A stretch of 64,000 nt of DNA, taken from Octopus sinensis. Lineage: Eukaryota. Shown piece by piece: positions 11,000-24,309 of this stretch (position 1 is its first letter; each line of letters begins with the position of its first letter). The stretch spans positions 122,636,001 to 122,700,000 of the forward strand of contig NC_043000.1 of the NCBI RefSeq assembly GCF_006345805.1, in the 5' to 3' direction. The notes under the pieces are model-generated. The model was not told the DNA's origin. It did no database searches and saw only the letters and a list, made by a program, of their open reading frames with translations. Made by a program: the position numbers and the translations under genes.

Positions 11000-11489
11000 T
11001 GTGTGTGCGTGTGTGTGTGTTTGTGTTCGTGAGCATAATTCTGCGGTTGGAGACGAGAGGCATCCTTGTTATGCATGTGGGAAAAACCAAGGTCGAAACT
11101 AGTCGATACTTCCGCATCATACAGTTATTCATGCAGATACATTCATATCACACACACACACACATACACAAGTACACGCACATACACACACACAATATTA
11201 TTTAATAAACATAGTATATGATTTTATGTGGGCAGAACCTGAGGATTGCGTGAAAGCACCAGGCGTGTTATAACATGCTATCTGAGTTGTTTTCATTGCA
11301 TGAAACTATTAGTGGCTCATAAAAATATATTCTGTGTTTATTACATAATATTTATCTCTCACTAGACGGAGTCCTTTTTTTTGTTGATCCTACCATCACG
11401 GAACAGTGGATATAATATATATATATGTGTGTGTGTGTGTGTGTATGTATATATATATATATATATTGTGTGTGTGTATGTATGTATAT

Positions 11490-11521
<32 letters not shown>

Positions 11522-11529
11522 CTCTCTCT

Positions 11530-11760
11530 CTCTTTACTCTCTTTTACTTGTTTCAGTCATTTGACTGCGGCTATGCTGGAGCACCGCCTTTAGTCGAAGA
11601 AATCGACCCTAGGACTTATTCTTTGTACGCCTAGTACTTATTCTGTTTGTATCTTTTCCCGAACCATTAAGTAACGGGGACGTAACCAAACAAGCATCGG
11701 TTATCAAGCGATGTTGGGAGACAAACACAGACACACAAACATATGCACGCACACACACAC

Positions 11761-11836
<76 letters not shown>

Positions 11837-11979
11837 GTACATATATACGACGGACTTGTTTCAGTTTCCGTCTACCAAATCCACTCATGGTTTTGGTCGG
11901 CCCGAAGCTTTATTAGAAGACACCTACCCAAGGTGCCACGCAGTGGGATTGAACCGAGGACCATGTGGTTGGTAAGAAG
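11530..11979 (-). mobile_element. SINE family A, near full-length (lacks the first ~20 nt of the head)
   Basis: Tail, internal (TA)n and head up to CCATGTGGTTGGTAAG. Confidence 0.9.
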
Positions 11980-12240
11980 CTTGCTTCAAAACCACATGAT
12001 TCCGGGTTCTGTCCCACTCTGTAGCACCTTGGGCAAGTTTCTTCTAATATAGCTTCGGGCCGACCAAAGCCTTGTAAGTGGATTTGGTAGACGGAAACTG
12101 AAAGAAGCCCGTCGTATGTAAGTATTTGTGTGTCTGTGTTTGTCCCCCCAACACCACTTGACAACCGTTGCTGGTGTGTTTATGTCCCCGCAACTTAACG
12201 GTTCGGAAAGAGAGACCGATACAATAATTACAAGTAACAG
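11980..12240 (+). mobile_element. SINE family A, fused head-to-head with the preceding copy, 3'-truncated
   Basis: AAGCTTGCTTCAAAACCACATGATTCCGGGTTCTGTCCC ... GGAAACTGAAAGAAGCCCGTCG ... GAGACCGATA. Confidence 0.9.
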
Positions 12241-12454
12241 AATGGAAGAAAATATATACGTTTACATATAGGGAATCATTTGTTCAATCAACTAGATTAA
12301 CTGCTCTTGAAATGATGTGTTAAAGTAATTCTCAGGCACAATGGCCCAATGTGTGATAAGATTGTACTTTTTCGAGCAGTATTTGCATACACACACACTT
12401 ACACACATTTGTATGTATGGATGGATGGATAAATGCATGTATGTATGCGTGTAT

Positions 12455-12820
12455 GTATGTCATTATTCAGTTTATTTCTAGATTTCTTGCCAATAGAAAA
12501 AGAGCCGGTTTCTAACCTAGATCCAAGGCTCCTTCATTAGAATTTCAACATCAACAGAGCATTTTTATTTGTATGTATGTATGTATGTATGTATGTATGT
12601 ATGTATGTATGTATGTATGTATGTATGTATGTATGTTTTGTTTTATGCATGTATTCACATGCATACAGTTGCATATCTAGACATATATATATATTTAAAT
12701 GATAGACTTCTGGGAAGTTTTACAGATTTTTACAGTTCCAGTGATGGATTGGATCAGTAGTCTTCGATTTAGCTTTCTCCTTTCTGGTTTTGAGAAGCCT
12801 AATTTCTCAAGACTAGTATT
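12455..12820 (-). mobile_element. 3' end (last 41 codons plus 3' UTR with (ATAC)n) of an RLE-type non-LTR retrotransposon
   Basis: Minus strand 12820-12698 reads NTSLEKLGFSKPERRKLNRRLLIQSITGTVKICKTSQKSII*; similar to the fossil ORF end at ~59440-59545 (FTKPEKR...IQFQATNRVVKICKMLQKFS*). Confidence 0.5.
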
Positions 12821-14704
12821 TAGGTTTTGTGTTACGTAGGCTTTGTGTTACGTAGGCTTTGTGTTACATATCCCAGGCCTTTATTTAGGCTTTGTTTTAC
12901 ATATTCCAGGCCCCCAATACTTACAGGTATGAACCTAAACTTGTATATATAAGTATGCATGTATGTATGTTGGTTTCTTTATGTCACCCATAAATTAGTG
13001 GTTTTTATCAAAGAGAAAAAATTGATATGGCCCTGCGTCAAAGAACAAGTCCTAAAACCGTTCAACGCTGTGTCCCAGCGTGACTGCTTTCCAATGACTG
13101 CAACAAATGAAGAATAAAAGATAAACTATTATATTCCTAAATCTAAATACATTGATTTAAACCGATTTTATATATGAACAAATTAGATCAGACATTATGC
13201 GGATGATGGAGAAGTTTCATAGTTAAAGTTCCGTTTTCTATTTGTAATTCATTTTACTTTTGTTTTACAAAAAAAGTATGTTGCTTCGATAGAGATACAT
13301 AAAGTGCATGTATAAATGAAAAATGAGCTTCACTTCCACAGTTCATTTTTATCTGTACAACACAGCTTTTAAAAATCGTGTAAACTCATTTACCTCAGTT
13401 CTAGATCATGCATCAAAATGAAACAAATCTGAAAAATCAATTATTAATTTATTTTCTTCGTCAAATGCACCTTTTATTTATTTGTTTGCTTCTCTGTTTA
13501 TGCATTTGCTAATTTATTTAGGATCAATATTATATTCTGATTACTTTTTAGTTTATCCGTGCGCATTTTTTTATATCGGTAATGATGTTAAATTAGGCTA
13601 AAAAAGCTTTGCTGTGTTTTGCGTGTGTGCATCTAATTTAATATTTTAAACAACAGCTGTTGTTAATGTTCTTTAGCCCTAGGTCAGCACTCATCAAGCA
13701 GATTCGCTTTAAAATTTTATATTATAAAATTAATTTAGATGGTCAGTTGAGACGATGGATATTAAAAACCCTCACTTGCAATGTCTTCTTTATAATCCGG
13801 TGATAGAAGTTCAAATCCTTCCTTTAATCTACATTTAAAGAATAACCTCGCCACCACCGAGAAAGGAGGCGGGGGCAACCAACAGCTGTTGTTGTCAGGA
13901 ATCCGACAGAAGTAAATTCAAAAATCCAATCTTCCCTGATGCTATTGTGCAAATATAATCAATTTTATATACCACTACGAGATATGCAATTTGTATGGCG
14001 ACCATCTTTGACACTCACATAACATGCATCTAATACTGAAAAGATGGTAACACAAGAGCAAAGGAAGAGTAACAGCTGTACAGTTAATTTCGTAATGTCA
14101 GCAGCAGCGGCAATAGTCGTGGGTGGGGCTAAATTTAAAGTAAAGGTAATAGTAGAAGTAGTAGCAGCTCTTGTTCTTGCTCTTGCTTTTAATGTTCTTG
14201 TTATCATTAATATCCTTTATCTAAAAGTCAGTTCTGATCAAGCAGAGCCATGGTCAAAGGATTCCCATATGTCTAATTTTCAGACTTATTATCCCTTGGG
14301 CGACGTTATCTTTCCTTCCGTTTTTAAGATGCTAGCATATGATTGTGGGTGCTTTACCAGTAATTTTTAATAAGTGGAGTGGCAATAGAGTCTTCTATGT
14401 GTGTCCAACCTTTAGGATCTTACGATCTGACAGCAGGTTCATAGCAGTAAATATACGATGCGACAGCAGGTTTATAGCAGTAAATATAATTACAATAATC
14501 GTTTTAAATTTCGGCATAAATTTAGAGAAGTTGCTTAGTCGATTATATCAATCCCTCAATTCAACTGGTAGATACTACATCGACCCCAAAAGCCGTAGTC
14601 GTTGGAATTTGAACTCAGACCGTAAAACGCCAGAAGAAATGCTGCTAAGCATAAAGACACATAGTCTAAAGACCCTGCCAAGTCACATCTTTAAATAACA
14701 ATAA

Positions 14705-14920
14705 CAATGATCTTTTCTACTCTCGGCACAAGGCCCGAAATTTTGGGGGAGAGGGCCAGTCGATTAGATCGACCCCAATACGCAACTGGTACTTAGCTTA
14801 TCGACCCCGAAAGGTTGAACGGCGAAGTCGACCTCGGAGGAATTTGAACTCAGAACGTAAAGACAGACGAAATACCTATTTCTTTACTACTCACAAGGGA
14901 CTACACACAGAGGGGACAAA
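14705..14920 (-). mobile_element. SINE family B composite (tail of one copy joined to a headless second copy)
   Basis: Minus strand ...GTAGTAAAGAAATAG|GTATTTCGTCTGTC...GGGCCTTGTGCCGAGAGTAGAAAAG. Confidence 0.85.
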
Positions 14921-15758
14921 CATATGGCGAAGGAATGACAAGTGGTTGAGGGTGAAAGAATTTATCTGACATGGCAACATTCATGGTGAAGATTCCTCGA
15001 TTACATGATGAGGGGAAATATTTTACAGATTCAGACAACCGCCCTGATACTTCGTATTGATTGTTGCCAAATTTTGGTGACGACTGAAAATTTGGCAATT
15101 TTATTTTAACCGATTATTTTACTCAAAAATAAATATCGATATTTGGTACATAGCCCCGAACAGTTTTTCTTACTCTAAAAGTTCCATCGGTGTTTCTTTT
15201 CCTTTATCGCTTGTTTTTTTTTCTACTTTGCTTTGCTGTTTTGTTATTTTATTGAACACTATCTCCTCCTAGACTCATCTCTTACTTCCTTCCTTGAATA
15301 CTATTTTCCCTTGAAGACTACAACACCTTGCTTATTAGTTTTATCTTTTTATTTATTCATTATACATACCTCTGCTAATATTATCTGTACAGATTTTATA
15401 TAACCAGTTATAACCAACACAGGTTTTGTTACGACGTTTCCTATCCGAATATTTGTAAAGATAACCTTAACAAGTGATGTAGTAACAGTACTAACACAGT
15501 TAGTACTTATAAAATGACTTATAAAAGCGTTTGATATACTTTGTTGTATAATATGGTTGCATAACGAAATACGGTGTCCCTACAGGTCATTAATTATATA
15601 TACAGACAAACATAAATACATATACGATACAGTAATAATTTTTATATGTTCTCTTCAGCTTTTAATTATTTCATATCTTCCTGAAAGGAAAGATTTCGTT
15701 GCTAACAAATAGACAAAGCTACATCATTTTATTGGAGATAACAAAAAGTAAATTCAAC

Positions 15759-16178
15759 TACTCTTTACTCTCTTTTACTTGTTTCAGTCATTTGACTGTG
15801 GCCATGCTGGAGCGCCATCTTTAGTCGAGCAAATCTACCCCAGGACTTATTTTTTGTAAGCCTAGTACATATTCTATCGGTCTCTTTTGCTGAACCGCTA
15901 AGTTACGGGGACCTAAACGGACCAGCATCGGTTGTCAAGCGATGTTGGTGGGGACAAACACAGACACACAAACATATACACACGCACATACATATATACA
16001 TATATATACGACGGGCTTCTTTCAGTTTCCGTCTACCAAATAAAAAATCCACTCACAAGGCTTTGGTCGGCCCGTAGCTATAGTAGAAGACACTTGCCCA
16101 AGGAGCCATACAGTGGGACTGAACCCGGAACCATATGGTTGGTAAACAAGCTACTTACCACACAGCTACTCCTGCGCC
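15759..16178 (-). mobile_element. SINE family A, full-length
   Basis: Head GGCGCAGGAGTAGCTGTGTGG at 16178; tail (TAAAAGAG)n at 15759. Confidence 0.93.
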
Positions 16179-16514
16179 TATGTTGAACTGTTGAAAATTA
16201 AATTCAGTTGTATTTGTATAATTGGTGCAATAGGTTTTGTGAATAAACGCCTAAATGACAGTCTGGGAAAACGGAGGTTCTCAGAAAAAGAGATGAACCA
16301 GCTAACATTACAGTTGTCTTAGAGATACAATGTTATCGGAATAATAAAATAAGATTTTGCAAATTCTCAAGTTCAACGAGTAAATTTGCTTTTTGTTAGC
16401 TACAATGTAGTTTTGAGTTGTTGCTGGAAATCGGATCCTAACTTTCAGGAAGATATCAAATAATTAAAAGTTGAGGAGAAAACTTACAGACAAACGTTGG
16501 AACTGTAAAATATT

Positions 16515-16790
16515 GTATGTCTCCACTGACTTGTTTTGTTCCCAACTTTGACCCTCCATAAATCCTAAATTTTATTTTGGTACTTTTGGGAGCAACTGTC
16601 TTCAAAAACTCATATTGTCGTTCAATGCTCGAAATGGGGAGGAGATAGATATTCGCCTACTGATGAAGAATCATTCTTTATATTACTTGTCCTCTTTTCC
16701 ATTCGTTTTTCTCGTTGTTTGAGTATTGAACTCATTTGTATTCGTATTTCATGTGTTCACTGTTGGTGACGTCCTATACCCATATATGCA
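16515..16790 (+). repeat. Unclassified interspersed repeat (second copy at 49775-50060)
   Basis: Shared TGTATGTCTCCACTG...CCCAACTTTGACC.TCCATAAATCC...GGGAGCAACTGTCTTCAAA...TATTGAACTCATTTGTATTCGTATTTCATG; both copies end at a (TA)n tract. Strand is arbitrary. Confidence 0.8.
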
Positions 16791-16797
16791 TATGTAT

Positions 16798-16867
<70 letters not shown>

Positions 16868-16962
16868 ATAATATATGTTGTATACATATATGTATGTATG
16901 TATGTATGTATGTGTATGTATGTATGTATATATATTTACGCACACACTCGCACCTATTTATG

Positions 16963-16993
<31 letters not shown>

Positions 16994-17476
16994 CAATAGA
17001 TCTTGCTGGCTGAGTTTGTTTACACGGTTCCCTGCTTTCGATCTTCCTTTACTCTGTTTCTTGGTGTCTTTCCCTTTCTTTCCAATTTTATTCTTCTCTT
17101 TACTTACAATTTAGTTGTTCTCTTTCTTCCATACAATTAGGTTTTCCGTTGTCTTTTTTATCTGTTCTTACTTTCCCTTGTTCTTAAACTCCTGCTTTCT
17201 CATCCTTTCTCTAATTTCTCTCACATCTCTCTCGCACTCTATACCTATCCATCTCTCACACTCTATACTTATCTATCTATCCATCTATCTACCTTTCTGT
17301 GCACCTATATCTGCTACGTTTATTCGTGTTACTTTTCCTCTCTTTTTCCTCTACATTTTCATATAAAGTTCTCTCTTCCTCTCACTATCCATATCTTCTT
17401 TCACCGCCTTCAATTTCATTTACCCCACCACCAAATACATATTCGTCACTCTTTCTTTCACTTTCACTTTCACTTT

Positions 17477-17534
<58 letters not shown>

Positions 17535-17703
17535 ATTCTTCCATATTTTCTTCCAGTATAAGTCTCACACTATTTCTCTTTCAAGCCATTTCCTTTTCCT
17601 CACTGGCTTCTCTCTTTTCCGTTGTTCCCATATACTTACAGTCTCATTTAATTTCCACGCTCTCATCCACCACTCTCAAATCTCCCTCTCCCACTTACTC
17701 TCG

Positions 17704-17749
<46 letters not shown>

Positions 17750-18160
17750 GCTCTCATCTTTTCTTCTTCTCTACCTATTACCCACTTGTTCTTCTATCAC
17801 TCCTTCTCACCTGGTTACTATTCATTCATATTCATTGTTAAGTTAAATCAATGTCCTATACGTTTCAGAGAAATCTCCTTCCCACGTGACCGTTCACATC
17901 CGGTGTATTGACTTTCAGAGCATTTAGGTTGTTGTTGTGTTTTATTTTTTTTTGTGTTTGGCTTTCTGTTTTATTTTGTTGTTGGTTTTCTTTTTCCAGC
18001 TTTTTGAGTGTTTTTTTTAAATATTTACTTGTTTCCTTTATTTACTCTCGTTTCTGCAATACAGTGCTGATAGATCTGATCCCACACACTCGCTTTCTCT
18101 CACACACACACACATAACATAAACACACATACACACATATATGTTCATACGTCTATATTC

Positions 18161-18397
18161 GTTCAGTCCCACTGCGTGGCACCTTGGGCTAGTGTCTCAT
18201 ATTATAGCCTCGGGCCGCCCAAAGCTTTGTGAGTGGATTTGGTAGACCGAAACTGAAAGAAGCCCCTTCGTATGTGTGTGTGTTTGTCTCCCACCATCGC
18301 TTGACAACCGATGTTGATGTGCTTATGTCCCCGTAACTTAGCGGTTCAGTAAAAGGGGCCGATACTATAAGTACTTGGCTTACAAAGAATAAGTCCT
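18161..18397 (+). mobile_element. SINE family A, partial, runs into the gap
   Basis: GTTCAGTCCCACTGCGTGGCACCTTGGG ... TACAAAGAATAAGTCCT. Confidence 0.9.
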
Positions 18398-18497
18398 NNN
18401 NNNNNNNNNNNNNNNNNNNNNNNNNNNNNNNNNNNNNNNNNNNNNNNNNNNNNNNNNNNNNNNNNNNNNNNNNNNNNNNNNNNNNNNNNNNNNNNNN
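18398..18497. other. Assembly gap (100 N)
   Basis: Run of N. Confidence 1.
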
Positions 18498-18552
18498 TTT
18501 GTTTTGTACTCCACCTGTCTTCGTCTTTTGTTTTTTTTCGTAAACTCTCCCT
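18498..18552 (+). repeat. Fragment of the same repeat family as 25441-25615
   Basis: CCACCTGTCTTCGT matches ACCCTGTCTTCGT near 25605; ends in (TA)n. Confidence 0.5.
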
Positions 18553-18703
18553 ATATATATATATATATAACTCTCTACCTATATAATATATATATATATA
18601 TATATATATTATTTAAATTCATTGGCTAAGGACATTCGAATGTCAGTATTTCTCTATTTATGAATCTCTTTCTCAATCTCTCTCTCACTTCCTTCTTTTT
18701 CTC

Positions 18704-18735
<32 letters not shown>

Positions 18736-18740
18736 CGTGC

Positions 18741-18771
<31 letters not shown>

Positions 18772-19498
18772 CATTCCTCTGAGTCTGTATGTAAATGCGC
18801 GCTGGTATGTTTTGTCTTATATATACGTGTGGAAAATGTTGCATGAGTGCGTAAATACAAACATGCGTACATTACATTTAGGTTTAGGAAATAAAATAGT
18901 GCATATGGATTATTCAGTTTAATCGGGAAGCACAAAACCTGACACGAACCTGTATAAATATGGCGACGGGTCATACAGAATAGAGAGGTACGCTGTTTGG
19001 TTTGCTAATGTCACATGTACAACTTGGTTGTTTGGCTGAAGACGATGCGGCACTATTTAAATAAAGTCAGCCTGTGAAGGAGCAGCATAATGGCAAAAAT
19101 TGTTCTATAGATATATGTATTTTTTTAGATCTATATTTTGCAGTAATTTAGCTTAGGGAATATCTTAGCTGTGTTGCCTAAATGTCTCGCAACATTTAGA
19201 TTTCTGGGTTGTTTTGTTTCTTTTTTTCTAAACTCGCTTTTAAAATGTTGCCTTTATTCAAAATTTGTTTTGATTCCTTTCGGATCCGACAAAATAAGTA
19301 ACACCTATCTTGTTTTATTATTGTCAGCGATGTAGACGATGTAAATCAATAAATCATCATCAACATTTAGCACTTCAACAGCTGAGCAGCAAATATATAT
19401 ATACATCTATTCATACATAGATACATACATACAACCATACATATAGACATATATATATATATATATATTCAATACGTACATATATTTATATATATATA

Positions 19499-19562
<64 letters not shown>

Positions 19563-19799
19563 TATATATATATACACAATACGTACATATATTTATATAT
19601 ATATACAAAGTGAGATAGGGGTTATGAGTGTAACCCACAATGGGATATCCAATATACTGCTGGTGAAGCACCCGTTCCTATTTATGTAGTTAATAAATAA
19701 TATGAATTGGTAATATCTGTAAGTCGATGATTGAAATGAATCTGTCCTCCATTTTCTTATTTGTATTAGATATATATATATATACATATATTTCTCTAT

Positions 19800-20158
19800 C
19801 TCTTTTCTCTTTTACTTGTTTCAGTCATTTTGACTGCGGCCATGCTGGAGCACCGCCTTTAGTCGAGCAAGTCGACCCCGGGACTTATTCTATCGGTCTC
19901 TGGTAAACACACCAGCATCGGTTGTCAAGCAATGCTAGGGGGACAAACACAGACACACAAACACACACATACATATATATATATATACATATATACGACA
20001 GGCTTCTTTCAGTTTCCGTCTACCAAATCTACTCACAAGGCATTGGTCCGCCCCGGTTTATAGCAGAAGACACTTGCCCAAGATGCCATGCAGTGGGACT
20101 GAACCCGGAACCATGTGATTGGTTAGCAAACTACTTACCACACAGCCACTCCTATACC
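19800..20158 (-). mobile_element. SINE family A with an internal deletion
   Basis: Tail and head present; ~50 bp missing between CTATCGGTCTCT and GGTAAACACACC. Confidence 0.9.
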
Positions 20159-20189
20159 TATATATAATATATATATGTATATATATATA

Positions 20190-20299
<110 letters not shown>

Positions 20300-20610
20300 T
20301 ATAGATATACAAGTTATATATACATACATACACTACATTACATTTGGTTGATAGCTAGACAGATACATACATATGTATATATACATGAATGTCTATGTAT
20401 ATAAGTATATATGGATGTATTGGCTCTTTAGTTTTTTAATGATTTTTATGTTATATTATAGTATATGCATAATATATTATGCTATATTATAATATAAATA
20501 AATCATTGGCTTTTCCATTGAATCTATCTATTTAATTAATTGTTTCAGTATATATATACATACATATATACATATACATATATATATATATATATATATA
20601 TTTGTATATA

Positions 20611-20660
20611 CGCGAAACTCAGAGTAACAGGGTTTGTAGAATTTTCTGGTGCTTAAATAA

Positions 20661-20661
<1 letters not shown>
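20611..20661 (+). repeat. Truncated PLE-like end (3' half of a hammerhead), same family as 57327-57525
   Basis: GAAACTCAGAGTAACAGGGTTTGTAGAATTTTCTGGTGCTTAAATAAG versus GAAACTCCGAGTAACGGGTTTTGTTGAATTTCTGCTGCTTTTAAATAAAG. Confidence 0.7.
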
Positions 20662-20699
<38 letters not shown>

Positions 20700-20780
20700 A
20701 TATAGAGGGCATTATACATACATGCCAAAGTAGTTGTCCTAATTGCTAAATTTATATATATATATATATATATATAATAT

Positions 20781-20811
<31 letters not shown>

Positions 20812-20879
20812 CATATATTACATATATATATTACATATATATATTATAGATAGATAGATATAGATAGATATATTATATA

Positions 20880-20880
20880 T

Positions 20881-20979
<99 letters not shown>

Positions 20980-20980
20980 T
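20880..20980. repeat. (GATA)n microsatellite
   Basis: Direct inspection. Confidence 0.97.
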
Positions 20981-21116
20981 ATTGTGTTTATCAAGTACTA
21001 AAGGTTGTCGAGGTTATATAGGATCCTATGTGTTCTGTTTTTTATTCCATTTGATATGTATATATATATATATGTACACACACACATACACACACACACA
21101 TATATATATATATATA

Positions 21117-21498
21117 TCTCTATATATAAACGGCAGTTTGTCTGTGCGTGTTTCTGTGTGTCTGTTTTCTCGTACCCTCACCCTGACCACGGCTTTCAAC
21201 CGATTCTGATGAAACTTGACACACACATAGCCCAATGTCATAATTCAAAACTAACGCAGCGAAAATTTTGAAAAGTTCCCCCAGTTCTGAAAAAAATCGA
21301 TAAATTCGACATGGGGTCGAGAATAAAAAAAACAAACCACAGACTGTCTAGGGGACGCAACTCAACCTTTTATACTCTCAAAAAAAAATTTACCATAATT
21401 TTTTTCCCATTTTTTGGCTATTTTTGGCTATAACTCTCTAAAAATGCTTTATAGTTATTTCCCTTACAAACCTGAGCAACGCCGGGCGATACTGCTAG
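21117..21498 (+). mobile_element. Non-autonomous Helitron (382 bp)
   Basis: A|TCTCTATATATAAA ... CCTGAGCAACGCCGGGCGATACTG-CTAG|T; the last ~70 bp are nearly identical to the element at 5133-5645. Confidence 0.85.
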
Positions 21499-21595
21499 TA
21501 TATATATAAATTGAATTAGAGATAAAACCACTATTAGGCAAATCAAACAGTGGAAAACATAATGTAAGTTTGGATTTACTCCCTAATATTATTAA

Positions 21596-21672
<77 letters not shown>

Positions 21673-21678
21673 CTAAAC

Positions 21679-22593
21679 CCACTTCTCTTCATCATCTACA
21701 TAAATGATATTACTGACACCATCAAACACAGTAACATCAGAACCTTCGCTGATGATTCCAAGCTCCAGAAGGTCATCAATGGCGTGGATGACCGAATAAA
21801 CCTTCAATCAGACCTACTGGCTGTTGTCCAATGGGCGGAAAAGAATAACATGTTGCTAAATGAAGACAAATTCGAACTGATCCACTTTGGAAAGGAGGAC
21901 GCTCTGAAACTCCCATACTCTCTTCCTTCTGGAGAAATTCTCATGGCATCCAACAACATCAGAGACCTGGGAGTAACAGTGGACAACAACATAAGCTGGG
22001 CTACACATATAAGCAGCAAAGTTGACATGGCCCGCAGAATGTGTTCCTGGATTCTCAGAACCTTCCAGTCGAGAGATTCCCACGCTATTATCCTTCTCTT
22101 CTCCACTTTTGCCCGACCCCACCTTGAATACTACTGTCCACTGTGGTCTCCCTACACAAAACAAAATATTATGAGAATTGAAGCTCCCCAAAGGTCAATC
22201 ACAAAAAAGATAGATGGCATGTCAGACCTTGACTACTGGGGTAGACTAGAGAAGCTGAAATTGTATTCACTCCAACGACGCCGTGAACGCTACATTATCT
22301 GTATGATGTGGAAAATATTCCATCAGCACTGTCCGAATGATGTTGGCATCACCTTCAAAATGCTTCCAAGGCTTGGACCACGTGCCATCCGTCCACAACA
22401 AAAATCTAAATCGCATCACATAACGACAATACGGCACAACTATTTCACATCATTTGGACCCGCTCTCTTCAACATTACACCAGGACACGTCAAAAAAGAA
22501 ACTGACCACACAAAATTCAAGAAGTCTTTGGACAAATTCCTTCAAACAGTACCGGACAACCACCCACACCCGGATATGTCTCCGCAACAATAA
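21679..22593 (+). CDS. C-terminal half of a CR1-like reverse transcriptase (no start codon, fragment)
   Basis: Open frame PLLFIIYINDI...TFADDSKL (FADD at 21745-21756)...IRDLGVTVD...RPHLEY...WSPY...LYSLQRRRERY, typical of CR1/L2-group ORF2. Confidence 0.88.
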   Translation, partial: PLLFIIYINDITDTIKHSNIRTFADDSKLQKVINGVDDRINLQSDLLAVVQWAEKNNMLLNEDKFELIHFGKEDALKLPYSLPSGEILMASNNIRDLGVTVDNNISWATHISSKVDMARRMCSWILRTFQSRDSHAIILLFSTFARPHLEYYCPLWSPYTKQNIMRIEAPQRSITKKIDGMSDLDYWGRLEKLKLYSLQRRRERYIICMMWKIFHQHCPNDVGITFKMLPRLGPRAIRPQQKSKSHHITTIRHNYFTSFGPALFNITPGHVKKETDHTKFKKSLDKFLQTVPDNHPHPDMSPQQ

Positions 22594-22725
22594 CTCTCTG
22601 CTCGAATGGGCCTTGGTGCCCAAATCCTGAACTGAAAGACTTCGCCAGGTGGTGCTATTAAGTTAGACATGGCCTGGGCCAATACTGGCCAAAACCTTTC
22701 TAAGTTATTCTAAGTTATTCTAAGT
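21679..22725 (+). mobile_element. 5'-truncated CR1-like LINE
   Basis: RT-coding frame followed by a 3' UTR ending in a tandem (CTAAGTTATT) tail; the 5' end abuts (TTA)n at ~21590-21670. Confidence 0.85.
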
Positions 22726-22764
22726 ATTTATTATTATTATTTTTTTATATATATATATATATAT

Positions 22765-22800
<36 letters not shown>

Positions 22801-23104
22801 GTCATACCTCCCTGCTTCCATCTCCTGAGCGCCTATTAATAATAATACTGTAATTGTTCCTGTTGTTGCTGTTTTTTTGTTTCCCTTTGGATTAAAATTA
22901 TATATATATATATATATATTAGTATTTATGCATGCATATATATATTTACATGTGTATTTATATATGTGTTTGTTTGTATCTCTGTGTGTATGTGTGTAGG
23001 TTTGCATGTATTCGTATGTGTGCGTGCGCGTGTGTGTGTGTGTGTACCTGAAACTCAAACAAAATGAAGGACCAGTATAAGCTGTATCTTCTGTAAATTT
23101 GTAA

Positions 23105-23295
23105 GCTGTAAATTTTGGCACAAATCCAGCACTTTTAGCGTCGGTTGTTAGTTGATTACATCAGCCCTCCATTGCTCCACTAGGAATTATTTTAATGAAC
23201 CTGACAGGATGAAAGCCAAAGGCGATCCTGTAGAGTTTAAATTCAAAACGTGAAGCTGCAAGAATCCGCTTTGCATTTTATCCGGCGTCACTCAT
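23105..23295 (-). mobile_element. Old, diverged SINE family B relative
   Basis: GACAGGATGAAAGCCAAAGGCGA...TTTAAATTCAAAACG resembles the reverse complement of the family-B core. Confidence 0.5.
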
Positions 23296-23409
23296 GAATT
23301 ATAAACCATATAATCCATAAGGAAATTATAAGCCATAAGGAATTATAAGCCATAAGGTAATTAAAACCTATTAGTTTCAAAATATGTTTCTCATACGTCT
23401 TTTTAAATA

Positions 23410-23816
23410 GGCGCAGGAGTGGCTGCGTGGTAAGTAGCTTTCTTACCAACCACATGGTTCCAGGTTCAGTCCCACTGCGTGGCAGCTTGGACAAGTGTCT
23501 TCTAATATAGCCTCCGGCCGACCATGGCCTTCTGAGTGGATTTGGTAGACGGAAACTGAAATAAGACCGTCGTATATATGTATGTATGTGTGCCTGTGTT
23601 TGCCCCCACCCCACCCCGCGCTTTTCCCACATCGCTTGACAACCGATGGTGGTGCGTTTACGTCCCAGTAACCTAGCGGTTCGGCAAAAGACACCGATAA
23701 AATAAGTACTTGGCTTACAAAGAATAAATCCTGGGGTCGATTTGCTCGACTAAAGGTAAAGGTGGTGCTCCAGCATGGCCGCATCAAATGACTGAAACAA
23801 GTAAAAGAGTTAAAGA
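23410..23816 (+). mobile_element. SINE family A, full-length reference copy
   Basis: tRNA-like head with A box-like TGGCTGCGTGG (23420-23430) and B box-like GGTTCAGTCCC (23463-23473), CTTGGACAAGTGTCTT central box, internal microsatellite, GTAAAAGAG tail. Confidence 0.93.
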
Positions 23817-24253
23817 CAGTATTCAGAAAATATGCATTCTACCCTCCGCTCTGTTTCTTTTGTTCTATTCGCTTTTTAATTAATCCAAATACAAGGAATA
23901 ATATACAGTCGATCTAATTGCAAAATATAGGAGCATCTCAAAGAACAACGTGCGTATTTTTGGAGGGGATTTAATGGTACCGGTCATCGTGTAAGACTGG
24001 TATTTATGTTTTGCTTCAAAAGTAATGAAATACAAAGTTTGACTAATTGTAACAGAAATGAGAAACTAGGAAGCTAACGCAGCATTCTCAGACATTTAAT
24101 TCTGGACAAATTCATGTTTGTCGAGACACCATATATTTCCCACTAAGATTACACGTTTTATGGAGCAGAAACCTACACATTTATACACACATATGTATAC
24201 AATTATATATATATATATATATGATTTATATAAGCATATATATATGATATATA

Positions 24254-24309
<56 letters not shown>

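Noticed and set aside
18953-18995. TATAAATA followed by a possible short exon and GTACG donor
   Set aside because: Spacing to an initiator is unconvincing and the motif is common in AT-rich DNA.
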